Positions 1 through 9,908 of a stretch of 64,000 nt of DNA are shown piece by piece. Positions within the stretch are counted from its first letter, which is position 1; each line of letters starts with the position of its first letter. The notes under the pieces are model-generated. The model was not told the origin of the DNA. It made no database searches and saw nothing but the letters and a program-made list of their open reading frames with translations. The position numbers and the translations under genes are program-made. This DNA comes from Alphaproteobacteria bacterium (GTDB taxonomy: Bacteria; Pseudomonadota; Alphaproteobacteria; Bin95): NCBI GenBank assembly GCA_964291285.2, contig OZ219785.1:768001-832000 (forward strand). The letters run 5' to 3'.

Positions 1-6
1 CCGGGC

Positions 7-318
7 ATGCGCATCGCAGTCGGGGCCGACGGCACGGTCACGCTCGACGGCATTCCCGCCGGGCGCGCCAAGCCGCACGCGCTGGACGGGCGGCCGCTCC
101 GGGCCATCGCGCCCGGGATCGTCCCGCCAGGGCATTACTACCTGCACGCCGATCACGTCGACTCCCACGACAGCCGTTATGCGGAGATCGGGCTGGTGCC
201 GCGCGGGCGCATCCTCGGCCGCGCCGTCGCCATGCCCGACCTGCCTTGGCTGGGGCTCGACGGGCCGCTGGCCGGGCCGGAAGACGCGGGCGCGGCGGCA
301 GCGGAGGTGCCGCGATGA
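7..318 (+). CDS. S26-family conjugative pilin signal peptidase (TrhF/TraF-like), 5' part outside window
   Basis: C-terminal motif HYYLH..DSHDSRY..IGLVP...ILGRA; stop overlaps traW start. Confidence 0.75.
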   Translation: MRIAVGADGTVTLDGIPAGRAKPHALDGRPLRAIAPGIVPPGHYYLHADHVDSHDSRYAEIGLVPRGRILGRAVAMPDLPWLGLDGPLAGPEDAGAAAAEVPR

Positions 319-986
319 TGCGCCCCGCCGCCCTGCTGTTCGCCGCGGCACTGCTGCCGGCCGCCAGCATTCCGTCCACCGCATTCGCGAAGGACCTGGG
401 CGTGCGCGGCGCGACCTGGCCGGTTGCCGAACCCGACCTGCTGGCCGGGATCGAGGCGCGGCTCCTCGAACTGGAACGCTCGGGCGCGCTGGCGCGCCTG
501 GAGGACGAAGCCCGCGAGCGCGCCCGGCGGAAGCTGGAGGAACCCGACCCGGTTCCGGGCATCGCGCCGGCACGGGAAGAACGCAGCCGGCTGTTCGATC
601 CGGCCATTACGGTCGCGCGGGACATCCGGTTGCCCGACGGCGCGCTGATCGCCGCGGCCGGGACCCGGGTCAACCCGCTGGAGCGGCTCACGCGCGACCT
701 GCTGTTCGTCGACGGCAGTCGCGCGGCCGAGATCGCCTGGGCGCTCGCCCATGAGAGCCCCGCGAAGATCGTGCTGCTCGCCGGGCGGCCGCTCGACCTG
801 ATGCGCCGGCACCGCCGGCCGTTCTTCTTCGACCAGGACGGGCTGCTCGCCGCGCGGTTCGGCATCCGGTTCACGCCGAGCCTGGTCACGCAGGAAGGGG
901 CGCGGCTGCGTATTGCCGAAATCCCGGTCGAGAGCCGGGACGATCCCGGCCCGGAGGCCGGGACAAGCCCCCGACAGGAGGACTGA
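315..986 (+). CDS. traW: F-type conjugative transfer protein TraW
   Basis: Signal peptide, then DLGVRGATWPVAEPD, FDPAITV..DI, GTRVNPL, FFFDQ.G.L..RFGI..TPS motifs. Confidence 0.9.
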   Translation: MMRPAALLFAAALLPAASIPSTAFAKDLGVRGATWPVAEPDLLAGIEARLLELERSGALARLEDEARERARRKLEEPDPVPGIAPAREERSRLFDPAITVARDIRLPDGALIAAAGTRVNPLERLTRDLLFVDGSRAAEIAWALAHESPAKIVLLAGRPLDLMRRHRRPFFFDQDGLLAARFGIRFTPSLVTQEGARLRIAEIPVESRDDPGPEAGTSPRQED

Positions 987-990
987 AGCC

Positions 991-1377
991 ATGCTGAACG
1001 TGAACCGGGCGACCCTGGTGGGCCATGCGGGACGCGATCCGGAGGTCCGCGCTCTTGCGAACGGCGAGAAGGCGGCGGCCTTCACGCTTGCCACCACGGA
1101 GAAATGGAAGGGCCGGGAAGGCAAACCCGCCGAGGCCACCGAGTGGCACCGGATTGTCGTTTACGGCCCCGCGGCGGTGGAGACGATGCTGAGGAAGGGC
1201 GACCGGGTGATGGTCGAGAGCCTGCCCCGGACTCGATCCGGGGGTCGCATCGCGACGCGCGCCTGGCGCGACCGGGAGGACGTTGCCCGGACGGTGACCG
1301 AAATCGTCGTCGCCGGCAGGCAGGGCATGGTGAACCTGCTGTCGGGCCGGCGGCCGGGTTCGGGGGCGGCGGAATGA
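991..1377 (+). CDS. ssb: Single-stranded DNA-binding protein (no acidic tail; 8-aa palindrome-derived insert)
   Basis: NRATLVGHAGRDPEVR, FTLATTEKW, TEWHRIV OB-fold motifs; AGGAGG RBS. Confidence 0.85.
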   Translation: MLNVNRATLVGHAGRDPEVRALANGEKAAAFTLATTEKWKGREGKPAEATEWHRIVVYGPAAVETMLRKGDRVMVESLPRTRSGGRIATRAWRDREDVARTVTEIVVAGRQGMVNLLSGRRPGSGAAE

Positions 1378-2375
1378 GTCGCCGTTTCGCTCTCCCGGCC
1401 GTGCTGACCCTCGCGTCCCTGCTCTGGTCCGGCGCGGCCCCGGCGCAGTCCTGCACCGGGCGGTTCGTGAACCCGGTCTCGGACGTGTGCTGGGAGTGCC
1501 TGTTCCCGATCTCGATCGGGCCGGTCACGATCGGCAGCGCGGCGGGGGCGCCGGACACGCCCAACCCGTCCTCGCCGGTCTGCCTGTGCGGCTCGCCGAT
1601 TCCGCGCATCGGGCTCGCGCTCGGGGTCTGGGAGCCGGCGCGGCTGGTGGACGCGACCCGCACCCCCTGGTGCTTCCCCAATCTCGGCGGGCTCACCATC
1701 GATCCCGGACTTCACGCCGCGAGGGGCCGTACAGGCTCCTCCGGCGGCGACGGCGCGCAGGGGTCCGTCTGGCACGCGCACTATTACATGTATCCGCTCT
1801 TGTCCTGGATCGGCGCGCTGCTCGACCCCGGCTGCCTGGAGGGCGGCTCGCTCGACATCGCCTGGACCTCGGAGCTCGACCCGGCGTGGCTCGACGACGA
1901 GCTCACCTTCCTGCTCAACCCGGAGGCGGCACTGTTCGCCAACCTGCCGGCCCAGGCCGCCTGCGCCGCCGACTGCGCCGCGTCCTCGACCGGCCTGCCG
2001 CTGGATGCGCTGTTCTGGTGCGCCGGCTGCCAGGGCGGGATGTATCCGCTGACCGGCAATGTGGCGGCGCATGTCGGCGGCGTGCAGGCCTCGCTGCTGG
2101 CGGCCCAACGCCTGGTCTACCGGCTCCACCGCGCCGGGCTCGCCTGGGGCACCTCCGGGTCCGCCGCGCTCTGCGGGCGCTATCCGATGCCGGTGATGAA
2201 GAAGAGCCAGTACCGCTGGCAGATGACCCAGCCCGTGCCGGCGACCACGCCCATGACCGGCTGCAATCCCACGGGGCGGTCGTCGGTGCTGTGGGAATCC
2301 TTGCGCGAGCTGCCGGTCTCGGGGGAGAGCTTCGGCTACCTGCTGTGGCGCAAACGCAACTGCTGTTTGCTCTGA
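1374..2375 (+). CDS. traU: F-type conjugative transfer protein TraU
   Basis: CTGRFVNPVSDVCWECLFPISIG, WEPARLVD, SELDPAW, YLLWRKRNCC. Confidence 0.92.
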   Translation: MSRRFALPAVLTLASLLWSGAAPAQSCTGRFVNPVSDVCWECLFPISIGPVTIGSAAGAPDTPNPSSPVCLCGSPIPRIGLALGVWEPARLVDATRTPWCFPNLGGLTIDPGLHAARGRTGSSGGDGAQGSVWHAHYYMYPLLSWIGALLDPGCLEGGSLDIAWTSELDPAWLDDELTFLLNPEAALFANLPAQAACAADCAASSTGLPLDALFWCAGCQGGMYPLTGNVAAHVGGVQASLLAAQRLVYRLHRAGLAWGTSGSAALCGRYPMPVMKKSQYRWQMTQPVPATTPMTGCNPTGRSSVLWESLRELPVSGESFGYLLWRKRNCCLL

Positions 2376-2379
2376 ACCC

Positions 2380-3183
2380 ATGGAAAACACCGATAGATCG
2401 AAAGGTGAAGACGCCATGACAGCCGCCCCTTTCCTGCCCCGAAATGTCCTTGCCCTCGCCGCCGTTCTGGCCGCGGCGGCCGGGCTTGCCCGGGCGGAGG
2501 AACAGCCGCCCGCGGGCAATCCGGACGCCGCCCGGCTGGTCGAGGAGGTGCTGCGCAAGGCGGGCGGCAATGACGGGGAGCCGCTCGGCGAGTGGACCCG
2601 TTCGATCCTCGACCGCGCCCTCCGACGCGCCGGGGAGACCGCACGGCAGGCGGTGCCCGGGGCGCCCGAACACCCCACCGCCCTGCTTCCGGCCGAACGC
2701 CATGCGGGGCGTCTTGCCGGGATTGCGGCCGGGCGCGCCGGCACGGCGGAGGTGCTCATCTTCACCAGCCTGTCGGTTCCTGCCGCGAGTTGGCGCCAAT
2801 GGGCCCGCGAGGCCGCGAAGACGGGCGCGCCGCTGGTGCTGCGCGGCGTGTCGGAAAACGGACTGCCCGCTGCCGCGAAGGAAATCGGCAAGCGCCTCGG
2901 CGGGGCGGCGGCCGGGGTCGCCATCGATCCGCGCCTGTTCCGCCTGTTCGGTGTGACCCGCGTGCCGGCGGTGGCGGTCGTGCCGGGCGGTGTGGCGCCT
3001 TGCGAGAGCCGGGGCTGCGCGGACCCCGGATCGGGGTCCGCGGCAGGCTATCCCGCGCCGCCCCACGATCTGGTGACCGGCAACATCGGCCTCGCGGCGG
3101 CGCTGGAAGCGGTCGCGGACGAGGGCGCGGTCGGCCGTGACGCCGCGCGCCGTCATCTCGAACGCCTCGGGAGGAAGCCATGA
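2380..3183 (+). CDS. trbC: F-type pilus assembly protein TrbC
   Basis: IFTSLSVP...LVLRG, IDPRLFRLFGVTRVPAV, GNIGL..ALE; lies between traU and traN; start may be 2416. Confidence 0.85.
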   Translation: MENTDRSKGEDAMTAAPFLPRNVLALAAVLAAAAGLARAEEQPPAGNPDAARLVEEVLRKAGGNDGEPLGEWTRSILDRALRRAGETARQAVPGAPEHPTALLPAERHAGRLAGIAAGRAGTAEVLIFTSLSVPAASWRQWAREAAKTGAPLVLRGVSENGLPAAAKEIGKRLGGAAAGVAIDPRLFRLFGVTRVPAVAVVPGGVAPCESRGCADPGSGSAAGYPAPPHDLVTGNIGLAAALEAVADEGAVGRDAARRHLERLGRKP

Positions 3184-4325
3184 CGGAACAATCCGAATTC
3201 GCCCGCGACCGCATCGAGGTCGCGCTGGACCGCGGAACCCGGATCGTGCGGCTGCTGACCTGGATCGCCATGTTCGCGCTGGTCTGCCTGACGCTGTGGG
3301 TGGTGTCGGGCATGGGGGCCCGGGCCGAAGATCCGAAGGAGGCCGCGCGCGCCGTCGGCATTGCGGGCAATGCGGCGGCGCGGACGATCGCACGGGATGC
3401 CTCCAGCGCGGCGAAGGCGCCGGGTCATGCCGGCACGGACTTGCCGGAGCGGCGCATCGGCGCGGGCCGCCTCCGGGAAGAAGGCCGGGCCAGGCTCGCC
3501 GATCCGGACGATCCGGGCGGCGCCGCGGGGCGGGCGGTGGTCCGGGGCGCGACCGGCCGGCCCCCGGCGAACGTGCCGGCAAGCGATCCCGTGGTGCGGC
3601 GCTCGGAGGCCATCGCGGCCTCGCCGCAGTCGGCGACACACGGCGCGAGCGGCCTCGCGTCCGGCAGCGCCACGGACTGCGGAGCGGACCTTCAGGATGC
3701 GGACGCCGGCGGGACCTGCGGCTCCGTGCGCTGGTGCGTCGGCGCCGGCTGCGAGACCGTGCGGCCGGAGGCCAACGCCGGTTTCGTGAACGCGGCGACC
3801 CGGTTGAACATGGCGGTCGAGCTGGGCGGCGATGAGTTCGACCGCCAGGACATGCGCTTCTTCACCGGGGAGCGCCGGGCCTGCCACATCAGGCTGTTCG
3901 GGCTCGCGAACTGCTGCAGGAACTCGAGCCTCCTGGCGGGGCTCGGCAACTGCTCGGCCTCCGAGATCGAGCTCGCCGGGGAGCGCAACGCCGGCACCAC
4001 CCACTATCTCGGCCGCTACTGCTCGAAGCGCGCCTTCTTCGGCGTCTGCCTCCGCCACTCGCGCGCCTGGTGCGTGTTCGGCTCGAAGCTCGGGCGCCTC
4101 CTCCAGCAGCAGGGCCGCGCCCAGCTCGGTATCGGCTGGGGAAGCTGCCGGGGCTTCACCGTGGCCGAGGTGGAATCGATCGACTTCGCCCGGATCGACC
4201 TGTCGGAGTTCGCCGAGGACCTGATGGACGGATCGAAGGAACCCTCGGTCTCGCTGCCGGACGCCCACGGCACCGGCCAGGCCATGCGCACGCGCATCCG
4301 CGACTTCTACCGGCGGGGCCGGTGA
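3180..4325 (+). CDS. traN: Mating-pair stabilisation protein TraN (compact form)
   Basis: Cys-rich C-terminus NCC, HYLGRYCS, WCVFGSKLGRLLQQQGRAQL, CRGFT..E...IDF..IDLSEF. Confidence 0.85.
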   Translation: MTEQSEFARDRIEVALDRGTRIVRLLTWIAMFALVCLTLWVVSGMGARAEDPKEAARAVGIAGNAAARTIARDASSAAKAPGHAGTDLPERRIGAGRLREEGRARLADPDDPGGAAGRAVVRGATGRPPANVPASDPVVRRSEAIAASPQSATHGASGLASGSATDCGADLQDADAGGTCGSVRWCVGAGCETVRPEANAGFVNAATRLNMAVELGGDEFDRQDMRFFTGERRACHIRLFGLANCCRNSSLLAGLGNCSASEIELAGERNAGTTHYLGRYCSKRAFFGVCLRHSRAWCVFGSKLGRLLQQQGRAQLGIGWGSCRGFTVAEVESIDFARIDLSEFAEDLMDGSKEPSVSLPDAHGTGQAMRTRIRDFYRRGR

Positions 4326-5155
4326 TGGCGCGCGCCGTCATGCGGGCGCTGTACGCCCTGAAGCGCGTCCTCGCCGCGACGGCGGTCTGGGCGGCACTGA
4401 GTTCTCCTGCGGCGGCAGGGGAATGGCGCGAATGGTGCGCCGACGAGGGCGCCGGCGCCTCGCTCGGCTGGCACTTCTACTGCGACCGGAAAGAGGAGGC
4501 GGAAGCGCCGGAGCCGCCGCCCGCGCCGAGAGCGAGCGAAGCCGGGGGATCGGCGTCAGACAGGATTCAGGCGATGCGCCGCGCCCTCGAAGAAGCGCGG
4601 GCGGAAGCGATCCTCGACCCCACCCCCGACAAGGTGAGCGCCTATCTGCGCCTCCAGCAGGAGACGCTGCAACGGGCGGCGGCCTTTTCCGACGCCTTCC
4701 GGCGCACGGTCTGGGCGACGCCGGAGCTCGACTACACGCTGCGCCGCCCGGTCGGCGCGCTTGCGAAGCAGGTCTGGTCGGACGAACGGAGGCAGGCCCG
4801 CGATGCCGCGCTGGCCCGCCTCGGCGAGCGTTACGGGCTGATCTATCTCGGCCATGCCGGTTGCGCGGCGTGCCGGGTGTTCGGCCCGCTGCTGCGCGCC
4901 TTCGCCCGGCGCCACGGCCTTGACGTGCTGGCCGTCTCGCTCGACGGCGCGGCGCTGGAGGGCTGGCCCGAGGCGGCGCCCGATCGGGGGCGCGCCGCCC
5001 GGCTGGGTCTCGGCAATGCGCCCGTGCCCGCCCTGGTGCTGTTCGACACGAAGACGCAACGCGCGATCCCGGTCGGCTTCGGCGTCATGGCCGAGGACCG
5101 GATGGCCGAGCGCATCTTCGCCCTCACCGCCCTGGAGTCCGGACATGATTACTGA
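4325..5155 (+). CDS. traF: F-type pilus assembly thioredoxin-like protein TraF
   Basis: GWHFYCD, AILDPT, PELDY, CAAC thioredoxin-like motif, VSLDG. Confidence 0.88.
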   Translation: MARAVMRALYALKRVLAATAVWAALSSPAAAGEWREWCADEGAGASLGWHFYCDRKEEAEAPEPPPAPRASEAGGSASDRIQAMRRALEEARAEAILDPTPDKVSAYLRLQQETLQRAAAFSDAFRRTVWATPELDYTLRRPVGALAKQVWSDERRQARDAALARLGERYGLIYLGHAGCAACRVFGPLLRAFARRHGLDVLAVSLDGAALEGWPEAAPDRGRAARLGLGNAPVPALVLFDTKTQRAIPVGFGVMAEDRMAERIFALTALESGHDY

Positions 5156-6566
5156 ATGGAAGAGAAGCGCCGCCGCGGCGCTGGCATCCGCCGTGCTGGC
5201 CGCCTTGCCCGCACGGGCCGACGTGCTCTCGGAGATGAACCGCTTCTGGCAGGGGGCGGCGGTCAACACCACCGGGCCGACCGCCTTTCACGGCCAGGCC
5301 TCCGGCCACTGGACGCTGGGCAACCTCTATCTGCGCTCGCCCGTGCGTTCGGAGCAGATCGCGACGGTGAACCTTCCCTCCTTCCGCTCGGGCTGCGGCG
5401 GCATCGACGCCTTTGCGGGCGCGTTCTCCTTCATCGACTCGGACCAGCTGATCGCCTTCGGCCGCGCGGTGGCGCAGAACGCCGCCGGCTTCGCTTTCGA
5501 GCTGGCGCTGGAGACCATCTCGCCGGTGATCGCCGAGACCATGGCGAAGCTCCGCGCGCTGGCGCAGTGGGTCAACGCGCAGAACCTCAACAGCTGCGAG
5601 ACCGCGCAGGCGCTGGTCGGCGCGGCCTGGGCGAAGAACGACCGGGCGAGTGCCGCCATCTGTGCGGCCGTCGGCGCCGGCCAGGGCATCTTCTCGGACT
5701 ATGCCGCCGCCCGGCACGGCTGCGGCGCCGACGGCCGGCGCAACTCGACCCTGGCCGCCGCCTCCGGGGCGATGGCGGACCAGGCGCCGGTCAACGTCAA
5801 CTACGCCTGGAAGGCGATCCGGGCGTCGTCCTTCCTTGCGGGAGACACGCAGCTCGCCGAGTTCGCCATGGCGGTGACCGGCACGCTGATCGTCACCGCG
5901 CCCGTCTCCGATGCCGATACCTCCGGTCCGCGGGTGCGCATCCTGGAGCCGCTGGCGCTCGACCGGCGCGTCACCGAGACCCTGATGGAGGGCGGCGGCC
6001 AGCTTCCGGTCTACCGCTGCGACACGACGGCCCTCTGCCTCAATCCGAGCCTAGGCACGGTAACAATCCCCGCCAACCGGGGCTTCCGGGCGCGGGTGGC
6101 GGCGCTGCTGCGCGACCTCGTGGACGCGGTGCGCACCGACACCGCCCCGCCCGCCCCGGCGCTCGGGCTGGTCAACCTCACCACGCTGCCGGTCTACCGG
6201 GTCGCCAATGCGGCGGCCGCCTACCGGGGCGCGGTCATCGACCAGGAGATGGACGCGCTTGCGGAAGCTGTCGCGCTCGACGTCATGCAGGTCTGGATCG
6301 CCGACCTGCACCGCACGGTCGAGGAGCGCGCCGGCACGCTCGACATCGCCGATGGCGAGCAGTTGCAGCGCTGGCGCGAAGGGCTCCGGTCCAACCGGGC
6401 GGCGCTCGCAAGGCACCGCCACCAGGGGCTCCAGCGGCTGAACACGGCGCTCGCCGTGGTCGAGAAGCTGCGCCTGATCGAGACCGAGCTCGCGGGCGCG
6501 CTCTCGGCCGACCTTCGCGCCGCGCTCGCCTTCGCCCGCGGCGGCGCCGGCGCGGGCTCGCGGTGA
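5145..6566 (+). CDS. traH: Conjugative transfer protein TraH
   Basis: NTTGPTAFHGQ..G, PSFRSGCGGIDAFAGAFSFI, NSCETAQALV. Confidence 0.92.
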   Translation: MITEWKRSAAAALASAVLAALPARADVLSEMNRFWQGAAVNTTGPTAFHGQASGHWTLGNLYLRSPVRSEQIATVNLPSFRSGCGGIDAFAGAFSFIDSDQLIAFGRAVAQNAAGFAFELALETISPVIAETMAKLRALAQWVNAQNLNSCETAQALVGAAWAKNDRASAAICAAVGAGQGIFSDYAAARHGCGADGRRNSTLAAASGAMADQAPVNVNYAWKAIRASSFLAGDTQLAEFAMAVTGTLIVTAPVSDADTSGPRVRILEPLALDRRVTETLMEGGGQLPVYRCDTTALCLNPSLGTVTIPANRGFRARVAALLRDLVDAVRTDTAPPAPALGLVNLTTLPVYRVANAAAAYRGAVIDQEMDALAEAVALDVMQVWIADLHRTVEERAGTLDIADGEQLQRWREGLRSNRAALARHRHQGLQRLNTALAVVEKLRLIETELAGALSADLRAALAFARGGAGAGSR

Positions 6567-6609
6567 CGGAAGCCGTGACGGCGGCCGGGGCATCGGGCAC
6601 CCATAGATA

Positions 6610-9531
6610 ATGTACGAGCTCTTCACCCTCGGCGGCGGGACCTACCTCGTCGACCTCCTGAACGCGGTCGCGGCGATCACCTCGGGCGGCGCCTATGTGA
6701 CGCTGGCGCAGCTCGCGGGCGTCGCCGGCCTCGGCTGGGTGCTGTTCCGCACCGCCTTCGGCGGTTCGTGGAAGGACAATGCGAAGTGGATCCTGCTGTT
6801 CGCGGTCGTCTGGGGCGCGATGGTCGTGCCGAAGGCGACGGTGCGGGTCGTGGACCGGCTCGATCCGACGCTGGCACCCGCCGTGGTGGCGAACGTCCCC
6901 ATCGGGCTTGCGCTGTTCGCCTCGCTCACCTCCCGGGTCGGCGACGGGCTGACCCGCCTCACCGAGCAGGCCTTCACCCTGCCGGACGACCTCCAGTACC
7001 ACCGCCACGGGCTGATCTTCGGGGCGAGGCTGGCGGCAAAGGCGACGCGCCTCGAGATCACCGATGCGGTGTTCGCCCGCAACATCCGCAACTACGCAAG
7101 GCAGTGCGTCTTCCACGCGCTGCTGCTGGGCCACGTCTCGGCGGACGATCTGCGCGAGTCGACCGACATCTGGTCCTTGGTGACCGCCGCGGGCTCGCCG
7201 TCCGCCGGGGCCTCGCCGGCGCGCATGGTGGAGTTCGCGGCGCGGCAGGCGCCGACGGCCACCGGGGCCACGCCGATCGATCGCGAGATCGTCACCTGCC
7301 GGGACGCGGCTTCGAGGCTGAACGGCCAGTGGAACGCCGAGATCGCCCGCGCCGGCACGGTGTTCGGGCGGCGCATCTTCCCCGACGCCGGAACCGGGGC
7401 GCTGGCCAGGGCCGAGCTGCTCGCGGCATTGCCCGCCGCGCACGGCTTCCTGATCGGCGCGTCGCGCTCGGCCGCGGAGATCATGCGCCAGCAGATGGTG
7501 CTGAACGCGGTCCACGACGCCGGCGAGCAGTGGGCGGCGGAGGCCGGCAACGCCGCCGCGCTCAGGGCCTGGACCGAAGCAAGGGCCGAAGCCCAGACGG
7601 TCTCGGCCTACCGGGCCATCGGGCGGCAGGCGGAGACCTGGGTGCCCTTGCTGCGGATCGTCTTCGAGTGCCTCTATGTAGGCGCCTTCCCGATGGCGGT
7701 GCTGCTGATGCTGACCCCGGCGGGGACGGCGATCTTCCGGTCCTATGTGACCGGGCTCGTATGGCTCCAGTCCTGGGGGCCGCTCTACGCGGTGCTGCAC
7801 CGGATCAGCATGGGCGAGGCGGCGGAGCGCATGCAGGCCGCGGCGCTCATGCCGGGCGGCGATATCGGCATCTCGCTGGTGGCCCAGGCCGGCATCCGGG
7901 CCGTCGCGTCCGACGTGGCGGTGATGTCGGGCTACCTCTCGATGTCGGTGCCGTTCCTCGCCGCCGCCCTCGCCTACGGGCTCTCGAAAGCCACCGTGCT
8001 TGCGACCTCGGTGCTGGCGGTCGGCCAGGACGCCGCGTCCTCGGCCGCGCATGAGGGCACGACCGGCAATCTCAGCCTCGCCAACACGGGCTACGACACC
8101 CATCGCTTCGCGACCCTGGAAGGCCGCCATATCCGCACCTCGGCCCATGTCGACACCGACCGCTACACCGGCTACGCGCCCATGGGCGCAGGCTTTACGG
8201 TGACCGGCGACGGGACGGCGGTGGCGGATGCCGGCGCCGCCACCAGCCGCATCCCGGCCGCCGGGGTGCGCCTCTCGGAGTCGCTGGCGACCAGCCACGA
8301 GACCCGGGCGGCGGAGGCCCGGACGCTGTCGCGGCACTGGTCGGCGGAGGCGGGCCAGGCGAGGAACGCCGCCGTCACCGACGCCACGGCGATGATCGAG
8401 CGCTACAGCCGCGACGTCTCGACCGGCGAGGCTTACGCGCGCGGCGTCACCGAGAGCGAGTCGAGCCAGGCGCAGGCGCTGGACTCGCATGTCGAGAAGC
8501 TGTCGGAGATTGCCGGGATCGCCGGGAACCAGGCGGCGGTGCTGACCGGCCAGGCCAGCGTCGGCGGCGGCTGGGACTTCATCGTCAAGGCCCGGGCGGA
8601 CGGCTCGGTGATGTGGCGCGGCCAGACCATCGAATCGGAGGCCTGGAACCGGGTGAAGGAGTATGACCGCCAGCATGGCGTCACCGAGACCTGGGGCCGG
8701 GTCTCCGAGGCGTCGCGGCGCTACTCGACCTCCACCGGCAACAGCGAGATGGCGGGCCTCGACGAGAGCCTGTCGGCCAACCTCACCCGCATGCGGACGT
8801 TCCAGGAGCGGGCCGCGCTGGCGAGACAGGAGTCGGAGAGCTGGTCGGAGCAGGCGGCGCAGGTGCGCTCGGACGCGCAGGCGATCGAGCGCGAACTCGG
8901 CCAGCCCTTCTTCGCCTGGCTCTCGGAGCAGCCGGGGACGGACGGGCGCGCGATCGGCGCGGCGGGCGCCATGCGCCTCGCCTCGCCGCAGACGGCGGAG
9001 GATTCCGAACAGCTCCGGGAACATGCCGCGGCGTTCATCGCGGAGAAATACCCGGCGCCGGCCGGACCGGACACGGTCGGCGGCGCGGCGGAGTACGAGG
9101 CGGCAACCGGGGAGCTGCGCGAGGCCTATGCGAGGGAAACCGCTGCGGCTTACGGCGGCTGGGCGGCGGGGGTGCGCGACCGGGCGCGCGAGGCCGGCGC
9201 GCCGGGCGAGCCCGCTGCGGCGGCAAGGGCGGAGCGGGTCGAGACGAAGACCGGGCAGATCATGATGGAGGCGGCCCGCGAAGCGCGCCAGGCCGTGACG
9301 CGCGACGAGGCGGCGGAAGGCCGCGCGGGCGTTGCCGTCGAGACGGACAAGCCGTTCGAGCGGCACGCAACGGAGAACCTGCCGGTGGTCGGCGACCGGC
9401 TTGCGGGCAAGCTGTTCGGCACGGCCCGGAACGCCGCGCCGGACGCAGCGCCGGACGCCGCGCCCGGCAACGGAGAACCTGCCCGGCAGCGGGAGGAGAG
9501 CCAGGCGGGCTGGGGGGCCTCCTCGCCGTGA
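6610..9531 (+). CDS. traG: Conjugative transfer protein TraG (F-type)
   Basis: N-terminal transmembrane region with LNAVAA, VANVPIGLA, WLQSWGPLYAVL; follows traH. Confidence 0.9.
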   Translation: MYELFTLGGGTYLVDLLNAVAAITSGGAYVTLAQLAGVAGLGWVLFRTAFGGSWKDNAKWILLFAVVWGAMVVPKATVRVVDRLDPTLAPAVVANVPIGLALFASLTSRVGDGLTRLTEQAFTLPDDLQYHRHGLIFGARLAAKATRLEITDAVFARNIRNYARQCVFHALLLGHVSADDLRESTDIWSLVTAAGSPSAGASPARMVEFAARQAPTATGATPIDREIVTCRDAASRLNGQWNAEIARAGTVFGRRIFPDAGTGALARAELLAALPAAHGFLIGASRSAAEIMRQQMVLNAVHDAGEQWAAEAGNAAALRAWTEARAEAQTVSAYRAIGRQAETWVPLLRIVFECLYVGAFPMAVLLMLTPAGTAIFRSYVTGLVWLQSWGPLYAVLHRISMGEAAERMQAAALMPGGDIGISLVAQAGIRAVASDVAVMSGYLSMSVPFLAAALAYGLSKATVLATSVLAVGQDAASSAAHEGTTGNLSLANTGYDTHRFATLEGRHIRTSAHVDTDRYTGYAPMGAGFTVTGDGTAVADAGAATSRIPAAGVRLSESLATSHETRAAEARTLSRHWSAEAGQARNAAVTDATAMIERYSRDVSTGEAYARGVTESESSQAQALDSHVEKLSEIAGIAGNQAAVLTGQASVGGGWDFIVKARADGSVMWRGQTIESEAWNRVKEYDRQHGVTETWGRVSEASRRYSTSTGNSEMAGLDESLSANLTRMRTFQERAALARQESESWSEQAAQVRSDAQAIERELGQPFFAWLSEQPGTDGRAIGAAGAMRLASPQTAEDSEQLREHAAAFIAEKYPAPAGPDTVGGAAEYEAATGELREAYARETAAAYGGWAAGVRDRAREAGAPGEPAAAARAERVETKTGQIMMEAAREARQAVTRDEAAEGRAGVAVETDKPFERHATENLPVVGDRLAGKLFGTARNAAPDAAPDAAPGNGEPARQREESQAGWGASSP

Positions 9532-9545
9532 CCCCGGCGGAGGCT

Positions 9546-9908
9546 TCAGCCGCCGCGCATCAGGCGCTCGTGCTGTTCGGCAATGTCCATGTCGACCCCG
9601 CTCTTCAGGGACCAAGTGTCGGTGTCGCGCGGCAGCCCGCAGCGGCGGAAGGCGCTCCAGTCGCCGCGCCGGATGCCGCGGCGCAGCGCGAGGGCCAGGG
9701 ACGAGACCGCGGCCCAGGCGCCGGCGGCGAGCCATGCGGCGGCGATCGCTTCGAGGCCGGAGCCCGCGGCGGCGGACCATGCGGTGACGAGGGCCGCCAG
9801 CGCGAAGCCGCCCAGGACGACGGCGCGCTCGCGCCGGGTCGGGCGGACAGCGTCGGGGTTGTTGCCCGGTTCACGCACCGGGCCGGGCGATGTGCGCGTC
9901 ATGTTCAT
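9546..9908 (-). CDS. Small hypothetical membrane protein
   Basis: 120-aa ORF with two hydrophobic segments, fills traG-traD gap. Confidence 0.45.
   Translation of the reverse strand: MNMTRTSPGPVREPGNNPDAVRPTRRERAVVLGGFALAALVTAWSAAAGSGLEAIAAAWLAAGAWAAVSSLALALRRGIRRGDWSAFRRCGLPRDTDTWSLKSGVDMDIAEQHERLMRGG

Noticed and set aside
9432-9465. Short 12-bp tandem repeat (APDA) in the traG tail
   Set aside because: In-frame low-complexity linker, unremarkable
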